From IMG/VR virus record IMGVR_UViG_3300035663_000004, positions 1 to 64,000 of that record: 64,000 bases of DNA, one strand, 5' to 3'. This document shows positions 20,439 to 29,275 of the stretch, one piece after another (position 1 is the first letter of the stretch; the number at the start of each line of letters is the position of its first letter). Made by a program: the position numbers and the translations under genes. Under the pieces are notes generated by a model. The model was not told where the DNA came from, ran no database searches, and saw nothing but the letters and a program-made list of their open reading frames with translations. The stretch is from a virus.

Positions 20439-22094
20439 TTATTGTCTCCAGTCTCCGGGCGGAGGGGTTTCGGGATTTCTTTTTGCCGTGCCTCCAGGCC
20501 ATTGGTATTTAGGCAGCGTTTTTGCGCCTGTGTACGGCTTTTTATTGTGATTAAAGGCAAGGTCGTGAACCTTCAGCAGTTGGTTTTCTGTGTTTATGGT
20601 AATAGGGACAATAAGTTTTTTCTCTGTTCCCATTTGAACGTACTCAGCCCCTTCAATGCCTGCATCTTTTACTGCCTTTTCAACGGCTGCTTTTTGATCT
20701 GCCGGCCCTCCAAACAGGTCATCTGCTCCGCCTGCTCCGCCTTCTTTTTTTAGCATTGGAGAGCCTTCAAGCGATATTTCAAGTTCCCGGTATGGCTTGT
20801 TGTCCTTCATCTTTTCGACGACCTTGGAATTAAGGATGTTCATGTTTCCAATATATCCGCCTCCAAGGTAAAGGTATCCAGCCGCCTCATTGTAAAACTG
20901 CTTATCGGCGCTCATCATGTGTTTTAGCCATAACTCGCCGGAAGTTTTTAATTCAGCATCACCCAACCCTCTCTCGGTTTGCATAGCCGACTGGTCAAGT
21001 TTTTTGGTTTTGATGATTTCCTCTTTGACGTACTCAATTACCCTTTTTTGGTATTCAGCGTCGTCGTCTCCGTCTCTTGGAACAAGTCCGGGTTTGTCAT
21101 AGTGTTTAAGCGCGCGCGGATCGTCCATTACGATTCGACGGGCGGCAAGAGCGGCGCTTTCCTCAAGTTTCTTCATATCAACTTTTGACGACCCGCCTTT
21201 GGGGCCGCTAAAAGTTGTTGTACTGATTTCGGTTTGCTTTGAACCCGATTCGATAAACTTAACAACGTCAAAGGGCGCTAAATTGATCTGCTCCCGTTTA
21301 GCATCCTCGAATGCCATTTGCTCGAAGTTAGTTCTTCCGGCATCGGAGGCGCGCTTTTCAAGTGCGGAACGATCGTCCGCCTCCATAAGCGCTAAAGCAG
21401 ACTGATACGAGGACGCCAGTTTCGGCCCCAACTCCGGCTCCTGCAATGCAGCCTTCCCGGTTTCCGCAAGTTGTGCATCGTCAAGGGCAACGCCGGGGTT
21501 CTGTTCCGCCCTGGTCTTCATTACCTTGCTCCAGTATTCGTGACGATTCACAAAAGGAGTGCGCTCGATCAGTTGCGGGGGTTTTACGCCCGTATCAAGG
21601 GTTTTTGAAACGGGCTGGTCAAAAAACTTTTTACGCTCAACCAAACTATCTGCGGTATAAAAGTCCTGCGTTTTGCCGTCAATCTGTCCTCTTGTTACGT
21701 CAAAATCGGCCTTTATCTGCTTTGAGTAGGTACTCATCTGCTGGATACGCGAGTAGTTTTTGCGCCACTCTACCGACTGCGGGTCAAGGGAACTCCACGG
21801 GTCAACGCCGCCCTGCAAAAGTTGTGTGCCTTTGTCCTGCCATGAATTTAACTCCTGTTTCATTTCGGCATCATGTGCATACCAAAACTCCGGGTTAAAG
21901 TCCGTCATGGCCTTTATGGCAGCCATTGCAGCCTTGTCTCTCTCTTGGCGCGCTGCGGCTTTTTTTGCCTTGTCGGCCTGCGCTCCGGCTATCCACAATC
22001 CGGCGGCGTAGTCTCCGCCAGTCAGAACGGTAGCAAGTCCCGTTCCCTGCCTTTGATCGTGAACATATCCCTGTCGTGTTCCTACTCCGTCCAT
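20439..22094 (-). CDS. Putative internal virion (ejection) protein
   Basis: 551 aa, largely helical, directly upstream of the giant protein. Confidence 0.5.
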   Translation of the reverse strand: MDGVGTRQGYVHDQRQGTGLATVLTGGDYAAGLWIAGAQADKAKKAAARQERDKAAMAAIKAMTDFNPEFWYAHDAEMKQELNSWQDKGTQLLQGGVDPWSSLDPQSVEWRKNYSRIQQMSTYSKQIKADFDVTRGQIDGKTQDFYTADSLVERKKFFDQPVSKTLDTGVKPPQLIERTPFVNRHEYWSKVMKTRAEQNPGVALDDAQLAETGKAALQEPELGPKLASSYQSALALMEADDRSALEKRASDAGRTNFEQMAFEDAKREQINLAPFDVVKFIESGSKQTEISTTTFSGPKGGSSKVDMKKLEESAALAARRIVMDDPRALKHYDKPGLVPRDGDDDAEYQKRVIEYVKEEIIKTKKLDQSAMQTERGLGDAELKTSGELWLKHMMSADKQFYNEAAGYLYLGGGYIGNMNILNSKVVEKMKDNKPYRELEISLEGSPMLKKEGGAGGADDLFGGPADQKAAVEKAVKDAGIEGAEYVQMGTEKKLIVPITINTENQLLKVHDLAFNHNKKPYTGAKTLPKYQWPGGTAKRNPETPPPGDWRQ

Positions 22095-22098
22095 ATTA

Positions 22099-22860
22099 TT
22101 ACGGTTTTATCATTTTCAAAAGAATGTCAATTTGCTCTTTAGACATTCCTTTCAAAAATTGAAAATTTGGCGTTTGAGATGCGGCATTGTAAGCGTTTCC
22201 GACTATATTACCCGCTGTACTCATAACCGAATTTCCTGTTCCTGCTCCGACTTGCGCCGCTGCTGCGGCCTGCCCCGCGCCTGCTGTTATGCCATTGCCG
22301 CCTACATAAGAGCTTAGGAACGTGCTGCCAACTGCGGACAAGCGATCAAGGGCGCTGAACAGGTTTTGCTGGCCTGCTCCGACCTGCTCCCGCGCTTCGT
22401 TGTATTGCATGGAATAGGGGGCAAACTTGTTCATCTGCCATTCCTGATCTTGGTATTTGGCGTACACACCAAACATATCCTGCAAGTTGCGCTCCTCGCG
22501 GATCTGCTGCTCGGCGCTGGCTATACCGATATTTTGCATGGCGCGTGCCTGATTGGCCTGTATCTGCCCTACTACCGCGAGCGGGTTGCCAACTTCGCGA
22601 GCGTTGGCAAAAGCGTTTGAGCCTGCCTGTGCTGCTCGGTTGCGCATTTCCGCCTCTCCGGGCATATATGGATCGGCTGCTGCCTGCCGGGACAATGCCA
22701 TAGCGGACATAAATCCGGATGGCGTTTCGTACTCCGGGCGTTTCAGATTCCGCAGGGTTTCCCGGCCTTCGCGCATTTGCCTGGCCGCGACTCCTGCTTG
22801 GAACAAAGAAGGAATTACCGAAGCGGCTGCGGATATAGCGGGTATTAAAAGAGGTGGCAT
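22099..22860 (-). CDS. Putative ejection/DNA-transfer protein
   Basis: Hydrophobic Ala-rich N-terminus (LIPAISAAASVIPSLF), Ala/Gln-rich helices; first of three genes of increasing size. Confidence 0.55.
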   Translation of the reverse strand: MPPLLIPAISAAASVIPSLFQAGVAARQMREGRETLRNLKRPEYETPSGFMSAMALSRQAAADPYMPGEAEMRNRAAQAGSNAFANAREVGNPLAVVGQIQANQARAMQNIGIASAEQQIREERNLQDMFGVYAKYQDQEWQMNKFAPYSMQYNEAREQVGAGQQNLFSALDRLSAVGSTFLSSYVGGNGITAGAGQAAAAAQVGAGTGNSVMSTAGNIVGNAYNAASQTPNFQFLKGMSKEQIDILLKMIKP

Positions 22861-22877
22861 ATATCTTAATTTGGTTG

Positions 22878-22885
22878 CAAAATTA
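22878..22885 (-). promoter_or_regulatory. -7 element (TAATTTTG) for the ejection-protein operon
   Basis: TAnnTTTG 17 nt upstream of ATG 22860. Confidence 0.5.
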
Positions 22886-22896
22886 CACTAAAAAAA

Positions 22897-23208
22897 TTAC
22901 AGTTGGTTTTGGTAAACGATTTCCAAAAAGTAGCGCTTATACGCCTTTTGGAGGACTTCCGGACATTGTTTAGCGGCATCTATAACCTCGTTCCAAATAT
23001 CCGGGAACTCGTGTACCTCTGCCCGAACCCCGTTTTTGTACATGGCTGTTGGCAGATAGGTTTCACCCCTGACCGAAAACTGGATAGCGTACACGGTTTC
23101 GTGTACGATTTTTGCCCCAATCGTTTTGAGCTTAACCTCCCGTGTTTCGGTAAACACGAAGTAGCGTTCGGTAAATAATTCGTCTTGCGTTTCGACCTGT
23201 TTTTGCAT
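22897..23208 (-). CDS. Hypothetical protein
   Basis: 103-aa ORF. Confidence 0.55.
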   Translation of the reverse strand: MQKQVETQDELFTERYFVFTETREVKLKTIGAKIVHETVYAIQFSVRGETYLPTAMYKNGVRAEVHEFPDIWNEVIDAAKQCPEVLQKAYKRYFLEIVYQNQL

Positions 23209-23219
23209 TGCTTAAAAAT

Positions 23220-23687
23220 TTATAAAGATTTTATGAATTTTATCCGATTGACAAAATCGTCAAACCGGGTTCTTGTTTTGGAAAAAGGATCGCGGCTAAA
23301 GTAGTGGCAGTACTCCTCATCGCTCATAAACACCATAGATTTGGCTATTTGGCTGGAGAACCCCATTTGCACCAAGTAGTCAACAAGTTGGCCGGTAGTC
23401 ATGTTCTCCATATCCTTCGCGGTTAACCAGCCCGTATCGTTAAACTCCTTGCTTACAATCCGCTCGAACGTAACGTGATCGGCGGAATTGAATGCCGCGC
23501 GAATTTGCATCATCTCGTCCTCGGTAAAAACGTGAATCTCAACCGACTTCAGCCCTACCGTTACCCGCTTAACCAAAGACGATATGCGAATATAAGTCTT
23601 AACCAACGCCGCTATGTGTTCCGCAAGTCGTTGCCGTTCCGGAGCGTGAACGCTCGCTCCGCTGTAAACCTCAGCCCTTATCTTCAT
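23220..23687 (-). CDS. Hypothetical protein
   Basis: 155-aa ORF. Confidence 0.55.
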   Translation of the reverse strand: MKIRAEVYSGASVHAPERQRLAEHIAALVKTYIRISSLVKRVTVGLKSVEIHVFTEDEMMQIRAAFNSADHVTFERIVSKEFNDTGWLTAKDMENMTTGQLVDYLVQMGFSSQIAKSMVFMSDEEYCHYFSRDPFSKTRTRFDDFVNRIKFIKSL

Positions 23688-23853
23688 ATTCTACTGCTTT
23701 TGCCATTTGCTGAATAATACTTTTTACCGCCGAACGGCACGCCTCCATCCCCAAATAGTTGCGACCATACGCCAAAGGCATACCGTTCCCGGCATAAAAT
23801 ACCCAGGTATATAAACCTTTTTCGGTCTTTTTTATTTTAAACTTAGAAACCAT
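23671..23853 (-). CDS. YegP/DUF1508 family protein
   Basis: KFKIKKTEKGLYTWVFYAGNG..LAYGRNY....ACRSAVKSI. Confidence 0.75.
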   Translation of the reverse strand: MVSKFKIKKTEKGLYTWVFYAGNGMPLAYGRNYLGMEACRSAVKSIIQQMAKAVEYEDKG

Positions 23854-23925
23854 GGCACAAAATTATAAATAATTTTTATCGGGCGCTCGGTTTTTCCAAA
23901 AAATATTTTTACCTTTGCCGGAACG

Positions 23926-24663
23926 ATGCACAAGCAATCAAAACTCACATACGGTAGAATCCTTGCGAAAATCGGCGCCGACCGGTCGCTTAGGAAGCCT
24001 ATGCGTCTGCTGTTTTGGTGCAAAGTCCACGGAATATCCCGCGTTCATTACAAGGACGATATTCCGTCGTTTTCAAAGTATCAAGTTCAAAAGTATCTTT
24101 CCGTCCTGCTCGAACACGGCTTTGTCGGGTTTGACCGGAACGGATACTACTATATCCGGTCGCTTCGGTTTGTAGCGAAGCGGCTGGGAATCGTCGGGCC
24201 TATACTGGCTCGACCGGATAAAGACGTTGTCTTTAAGGACAATACTTGGGTTTCCTATCTTATGGGCCATGCCGTACTCTCGTATGTCGGCAACCTTAGA
24301 AGCGGCAAATCCAAAAAACGCGCGAAGTGTCACACGGCCTCAAATTGTCATGAGCAGGGGAAGGATCTTCTCGACTTTTGTTCAAATTCTTATCAGGCAA
24401 ATTCAAGTGCTGACTCTCAAGCGGTTTCCCTCGCGGGTATTGCCAAAAAATTCAACATCACGATCTCAACTGCTTCACGTTGGCGCAGGAGGGGGCAGCG
24501 GGCAGGGTATGCTGTCTGTCGTCACTTAAAGTTCATACGCGACTTGAAAGGTGAAACTTTCAATGGCGTTCGGAATTTTTGCGAAGACGGAAAAGTCTTT
24601 TTTGCGATCAAGGGTAAGCTGTATCAGGAGCTTCCTGCAATACTTTTTGCGGATGATTTTTAA
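23926..24663 (+). CDS. HTH DNA-binding protein (possible replication/transcription factor)
   Basis: SLAGIAKKFNITISTASRW HTH; basic; own TACCTTTG promoter at 23910-23917. Confidence 0.55.
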   Translation: MHKQSKLTYGRILAKIGADRSLRKPMRLLFWCKVHGISRVHYKDDIPSFSKYQVQKYLSVLLEHGFVGFDRNGYYYIRSLRFVAKRLGIVGPILARPDKDVVFKDNTWVSYLMGHAVLSYVGNLRSGKSKKRAKCHTASNCHEQGKDLLDFCSNSYQANSSADSQAVSLAGIAKKFNITISTASRWRRRGQRAGYAVCRHLKFIRDLKGETFNGVRNFCEDGKVFFAIKGKLYQELPAILFADDF

Positions 24664-24848
24664 AGAAAAAAAACGTGCAAACAATATTGTCATGAGCAGT
24701 TGTATGTATTGGTTGTATTTCTTTATATCCGTATCCGTATTTGTATATCCGTATTGGTATATGTATTGATTACGATTTGAGGATCGAAGCTAATGCGCGC
24801 ACGCATACACGCACGCACGCGAAGGAACCCTCAAAAAAATGCACAAAA

Positions 24849-24974
24849 ATGCCAGCAACTTATTTTGCCATCGTGGCTATCCTTGTCTTATCGCTTTGGG
24901 TTTGCTTTGATTCCCTGCGGTCAATCATGAATCGCGAAAGCGCCGAAGACAAAGACCCGTTCAAAAATTTGTAA
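24849..24974 (+). CDS. Small single-TM protein (possible holin/lysis accessory)
   Basis: MPATYFAIVAILVLSLWVCF; immediately upstream of two wall-hydrolase-like genes. Confidence 0.35.
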   Translation: MPATYFAIVAILVLSLWVCFDSLRSIMNRESAEDKDPFKNL

Positions 24975-24975
24975 A

Positions 24976-25503
24976 ATGCAAAAAGTTGAATTAAACCGCT
25001 TTTCATGGCGCTCAGACTGCACGCTGGGCGACCTCATCCTGCCGGGAACGCAAAAGTTGGTGACGCTGGAACTTCCGTGGCAAAAGAATCAGCGACGGAT
25101 TTCCTGCATTCCGGCAGGCACATACATCGTTCACAAGCGATTCAAGGGTTTGATGCGATCGTTTGAGGCTATGGTCGCTTTCGCCAAAAGCGTTGGGGTG
25201 GAAAAAATCCCGGAATTTGCGCCTGGCAAAACTTTGATTTACAACTACGTCACCCGTCAATACTGGTGGGTGTTCTCTAATCAAAACTTTGGCGACCACT
25301 ACCACGTCCAAAACGTTGCAGGCAGGAGCGGAATTTTATTTCATACCGGGAACTATACACACCAAATCAACGGTTGTATTTTGCCTGGTCGTCGGCATAT
25401 GGACTTGAACGGGGACAAAATCCCGGACGTAACGCATTCCCGTTGGGCGCTGAACGTTATGCTTTCTCAACTTGGGGATCAGTTCGAGTTAAAAATTACT
25501 TAA
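24976..25503 (+). CDS. DUF5675 family (L,D-transpeptidase-like) putative endolysin
   Basis: CTLG..VTLELPW..SCIPAGTY..GRSGILFHTGN..GCILPG. Confidence 0.8.
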   Translation: MQKVELNRFSWRSDCTLGDLILPGTQKLVTLELPWQKNQRRISCIPAGTYIVHKRFKGLMRSFEAMVAFAKSVGVEKIPEFAPGKTLIYNYVTRQYWWVFSNQNFGDHYHVQNVAGRSGILFHTGNYTHQINGCILPGRRHMDLNGDKIPDVTHSRWALNVMLSQLGDQFELKIT

Positions 25504-25526
25504 AATATTAAAACTTTCACAATACT

Positions 25527-26357
25527 ATGAAATTTGCAGTCATTACAAAAGAGAAAACGTATGAGGTTTCACCTTTGCCCGAACTTCGCTCCCGCAGGCA
25601 GTACACGATCGTGGTTGCCCTAATCATCCTGCTGGCTGGTCTTAACTACGTTTTGTGGGTTCCGACCCGAGTATCGGAAGTTATCCAGGTTGAGGTTCCG
25701 GTATCTCATATGTCTGTTGTTCCGGCGTCTGCTACTCCGGATCAGCAAATTCCTCCAAATAACCCTGCTATTTCGCACACAACCACGGCTGTATCGAAAG
25801 AACCCGCAAAAGAGCACCCATTGCAAGGGCGGAAAAAGAAAGCCAAACGTGGGGCAAATAAACGACAAATAGAAAAAGCGGATATATCTATTACCGGGGC
25901 AGTTGGTGTTGGAGATTTGGCTGCGGTTTCGCAATATCTAAAAAAATACGCGCCGCTGGCTGTTGCGGAGATGCGAAAACACGGCATTCCGGCTTCAATT
26001 ACTTTGGCTCAGGCCATTGTTGAATCCAATGTTGGTAAGTCAGCGCTGGCTTTTAGTAACAACAACCATTTCGGCATTAAGTGCCAGTCGCGGAATTGCA
26101 GGCGCGGCCATTGCACTAACCGAACGGACGATCACCACAAAGACTTTTTCAGAAAATACCCGTCCGTTGCAGATTCCTACAAACATCACTCCGTGTTCCT
26201 AAAGCAACCGCGTTACCGAAATTGCTTTGCTCATAACAAAAACTACAAAGAGTGGGCGAAGGAACTTCAGCGATCAGGATACGCTACCGATAAAACGTAT
26301 GCCGCTAAACTGGTGGCTACGATTGAAAAGCACAACCTTGGCAGGTTCGACAAATAA
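25527..26357 (+). CDS. GH73 glucosaminidase (FlgJ-like) peptidoglycan hydrolase with N-terminal TM anchor
   Basis: GIPASITLAQAIVES, NNHFGIKC, FRKY, GYATD..YAAKL; TM segment YTIVVALIILLAGLNYVLW. Confidence 0.9.
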   Translation: MKFAVITKEKTYEVSPLPELRSRRQYTIVVALIILLAGLNYVLWVPTRVSEVIQVEVPVSHMSVVPASATPDQQIPPNNPAISHTTTAVSKEPAKEHPLQGRKKKAKRGANKRQIEKADISITGAVGVGDLAAVSQYLKKYAPLAVAEMRKHGIPASITLAQAIVESNVGKSALAFSNNNHFGIKCQSRNCRRGHCTNRTDDHHKDFFRKYPSVADSYKHHSVFLKQPRYRNCFAHNKNYKEWAKELQRSGYATDKTYAAKLVATIEKHNLGRFDK

Positions 26358-26360
26358 AAA

Positions 26361-26400
26361 AACCCGATCATTTTCGTGACGTCACGAAAATGATCGGGTT
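26361..26400. repeat. Perfect 40-bp palindrome (probable bidirectional terminator)
   Basis: aacccgatcattttcgtgac|gtcacgaaaatgatcgggtt between convergent genes. Confidence 0.85.
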
Positions 26401-26422
26401 ATCGTTTTTGCTGGCGACTATC

Positions 26423-26704
26423 TTAGCGCAGCATTTCGGCTGCGTATTCAATCTCTTCGTCACTCAATCGAAGCGCAAGCAATTCAGCCTGCTGGTCAAT
26501 ATCAAGGCGTTGGTTGCTTTCGCCCCATTGCTCTCGGTATTCGATTTTCGTTGCGATCCGTCCCGCGATACCGCTGTTTGTGCGCCGGATACGCATTTCC
26601 TCCGGCCCCGCCTGCTTCGCCTCGATGATGAGTGCTTTTGCGACCTCAGCCGGGGTCAACAGGCTTTCCAAAAACGCGTTGTACTCCGCTATCCTCGCGC
26701 TCAT
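26423..26704 (-). CDS. Hypothetical protein
   Basis: 93-aa ORF. Confidence 0.5.
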   Translation of the reverse strand: MSARIAEYNAFLESLLTPAEVAKALIIEAKQAGPEEMRIRRTNSGIAGRIATKIEYREQWGESNQRLDIDQQAELLALRLSDEEIEYAAEMLR

Positions 26705-27104
26705 CGCTGAAAAACGAATTGACGCGAATGCACTCGGTGTACTCTGCGTATAGGCTACACATTGCTACACGAAAGCGGTTTTTGTCATCCGGATCAGCCT
26801 TATCAAGCAGGAGCGGGCAGTTGACGCCGAATGCCTGCGGCCACAACCCTACCGATTCGTCGCCCATGTCAATGATGGCCAAAGAGTCAACCATCGTAAC
26901 GTCGTAAAACCATGCCGTTCTTACAGGCAAATACTCGGCATTTACAATGTAGTCGCAATGCCGCTTGTAAATCTCCATAACCTGCTGCTGGAACGGCTCC
27001 AGCATATCCGTATCGTGGTGCGCAAACGGACATTGCAGGTAGCAGTCAATCAAGTTTTCGTTGCTGACTACCGTAATCTTTAATGAGAAAACTGAACTGT
27101 GCAT
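26646..27104 (-). CDS. Hypothetical protein
   Basis: 152-aa ORF. Confidence 0.5.
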   Translation of the reverse strand: MHSSVFSLKITVVSNENLIDCYLQCPFAHHDTDMLEPFQQQVMEIYKRHCDYIVNAEYLPVRTAWFYDVTMVDSLAIIDMGDESVGLWPQAFGVNCPLLLDKADPDDKNRFRVAMCSLYAEYTECIRVNSFFSDEREDSGVQRVFGKPVDPG

Positions 27105-27107
27105 TTG

Positions 27108-27368
27108 TTATCGCTTTTCAAATTTGGTGGCCAACTCCACAAAGTATCCAACCTTTGCGCTCATTGCCCAATTAGCAATTTTTTCCAAACCGACGTGACC
27201 GTAATCCCGGTATGCCGACAATATCTCATCATCGGTAAGTTCCGCATAGTGCGCCTCAGATTCAATAGCCTCCATAATGGCTTCGTGCATACGGTCTTCG
27301 GTGCATATCCATTCGCCTTTACACCTTTCAATTTTTTTCCGTACTGCTGTAATTACTATTTTCTCCAT
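27108..27368 (-). CDS. Hypothetical protein
   Basis: 86-aa ORF downstream of TATATTTG promoter (27406-27413). Confidence 0.55.
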   Translation of the reverse strand: MEKIVITAVRKKIERCKGEWICTEDRMHEAIMEAIESEAHYAELTDDEILSAYRDYGHVGLEKIANWAMSAKVGYFVELATKFEKR

Positions 27369-27515
27369 TTTTTTAAAAGTTTTTGTTAATAATTAAATTG
27401 CTCTGCAAATATACGATAACAATTTTATTAGCGCAACCTGTTAACATTTCGTTAACAAAAAGGGCGGACGATATTGCATCGCCCGCCCAATAATCAACCT
27501 CATGAAAAAATTTAC

Positions 27516-27701
27516 CTACTTACCTATTTCTGTAAGATGCTTGTTTAAGGCATCAAAGATCAGCTTGCTTCTTTCCTCTCCGCTTTTTGCGAGCCGCTCA
27601 ATCATCGGAAGCGGCAAGGATATGGATATGGAATAGCAGCGGTTTTCAGGATCAATCCGGGGTCGTCCCCGCTTTCCTTTTTTCTTTACTTTTTGTACCA
27701 T
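27516..27701 (-). CDS. Ribbon-helix-helix-like transcriptional regulator
   Basis: RGRPR AT-hook-like segment, SISISLP..MIERL..RSKLIFDAL. Confidence 0.65.
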   Translation of the reverse strand: MVQKVKKKGKRGRPRIDPENRCYSISISLPLPMIERLAKSGEERSKLIFDALNKHLTEIGK

Positions 27702-27716
27702 AGCGTTGTTTTAAGT

Positions 27717-28676
27717 TTAGAATGGCAGGTCGTCCGCTGCTACAATGGAGAACTCCCAGTTTTTTCCAATGGCGGCATTCAGCCCTGCGTTGTGTGAAAT
27801 GTTGACAAGTATCTCTCTTGCCTCGAAGTTGTCGTGCGCGGAAATTGCCCCGTACTTTTTCTCGTACTGCTCATAGTAGTATTTGGCCTTGTTGCAGATT
27901 TCCTGCATTTTGGCCTCATCCTCCATGCCCGTTGCCTTTTTTCCAATTTCCTGCTCAATGATCTGCGCAAACGTTTTCGGCAGAACGCTGTTTGCCTGAC
28001 TTGCCGGAACTGGTGCTGGTGCTTTCTTTTCAATCGCTGGCTCAATGCCGCTTTCGCCCGAACTGCCGGAAAAGATTTGCTTTTGTGCGTACTTGGCGAC
28101 GGACTTCCAAAACTCGTTCACCTTTTTGAACGTTCCGTCCTCGTCAATGCCGGGAACGCCATCCAAACGTCCCGTTTCCGCATTGTAAGGATATGCCTTA
28201 TTCAGCCAATTACCCGACTGGTCTTTGCAGGAGGCGCGCATAAGGCCATCCTTGTCGTAAAGAGCAATCTGAATGAACTTGTCCCAGTCCGCAGACTGGC
28301 CGGCCAAGGTGTTGAGAACAGACGATGTTGCGGACGATTTCCAATGATCTGAAAAAGACACGTTCCACTTTTCTCCCGGCCGTACTTCGATGGTCAACGT
28401 GTATTCCGTGCGGGCCGGAATACTGTACTGCTTGTTCTCCTCCTTTTCTTCAATGCCTATACCGCAAAGGTAGCCTTGAATGAACGATGCCTGCGTACCG
28501 TCGGGCAGCAGGAAATGACTCGGCGTTGTTGTCTTCGCCTTCGGATTGCTGGGGACTACCTTCACCCAGCGCGAATTTCCGGAACTATTTCCGGCAGGCT
28601 GAAAATCCCAATTTTTTTCTTGCATAAAATTTGAAATTAGTTTGAAACAAAAATTTGACCTTTCTTTTTGAATCAC
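27717..28676 (-). CDS. Putative single-stranded DNA-binding protein
   Basis: Beta-rich N-terminal domain, acidic C-terminal DDLPF tail; real start probably ATG 28625 (MQEKNWDF). Confidence 0.55.
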   Translation of the reverse strand: MIQKERSNFCFKLISNFMQEKNWDFQPAGNSSGNSRWVKVVPSNPKAKTTTPSHFLLPDGTQASFIQGYLCGIGIEEKEENKQYSIPARTEYTLTIEVRPGEKWNVSFSDHWKSSATSSVLNTLAGQSADWDKFIQIALYDKDGLMRASCKDQSGNWLNKAYPYNAETGRLDGVPGIDEDGTFKKVNEFWKSVAKYAQKQIFSGSSGESGIEPAIEKKAPAPVPASQANSVLPKTFAQIIEQEIGKKATGMEDEAKMQEICNKAKYYYEQYEKKYGAISAHDNFEAREILVNISHNAGLNAAIGKNWEFSIVAADDLPF

Positions 28677-29000
28677 AAAGTTGACCTATTTTTTTTTACC
28701 TACCAACTTTTTTCGACAAAAAATTTTCGCCCCTTTATATATATGCCGCCCTGCTACCCAAAAGGCAAAGGCAGGAGCGGCAAAAAAAAGTTTACGCCGA
28801 ACGGAAAAAAGTTTACGCCGTACAGAATCCGCGACTTTGGCCGAAAGCGGTCGGGCGCGACACAAAAAGTTTTAAGTTCTGGTTAAATTTGTTTTTTTTG
28901 TTTGGTCGCGGGGTTCGGTTTCATCGCGCCGGATTGTTGGCCGGGGTTCGGGTTCGGGTCGTAGTGATCGCGCGGATCTTTCCGATCGGCTCAGGTGGGC

Positions 29001-29036
29001 AAAAAAATAACCCGACAAAATAGCCGGGTTATTTTT
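29001..29036 (-). terminator. Intrinsic terminator closing the early operon
   Basis: aaaaataacccg-N10-cgggttattttt inverted repeat flanked by A/T tracts. Confidence 0.7.
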
Positions 29037-29043
29037 CGGGTTC

Positions 29044-29220
29044 CTAAATTTTTTCCTGCTTGTAAATTTTCCAGGCTCGCCCGAAAATTTTCATCGGCGG
29101 CGCGTCGGGTTCTTTCTCTGCCCTAATTAGGGCGCTGCGTACTTCGCGCGCGTCTTGGTCGTTGGCTTGTTCGTCTTTCCATACGCGGCCGCAGTGCCTC
29201 AAAAATTCTTGGTATTTCAT
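29044..29220 (-). CDS. Small hypothetical early protein
   Basis: Start MKYQEFLR at 29220, immediately after repeat copy 1. Confidence 0.55.
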   Translation of the reverse strand: MKYQEFLRHCGRVWKDEQANDQDAREVRSALIRAEKEPDAPPMKIFGRAWKIYKQEKI

Positions 29221-29275
29221 GTTTATAAAAATTTGCCCGCTCTCGGTTATGAGGGCGCGCGGGTGAAAAGATAAA

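Noticed and set aside
11032-22891. Many plus-strand ORFs opposite the ejection-protein genes (and similar ones opposite GroEL, fibre and tail genes)
   Set aside because: Antisense shadows of long genes, with no motifs or start signals
26361-26400. Protelomerase telRL site
   Set aside because: No protelomerase recognised; position between convergent genes is enough to explain it as a terminator
28784-28820. Tandem aaaaaagtttacgccg duplicate
   Set aside because: Only two copies with no clear link to a promoter or gene; not enough to assign a function
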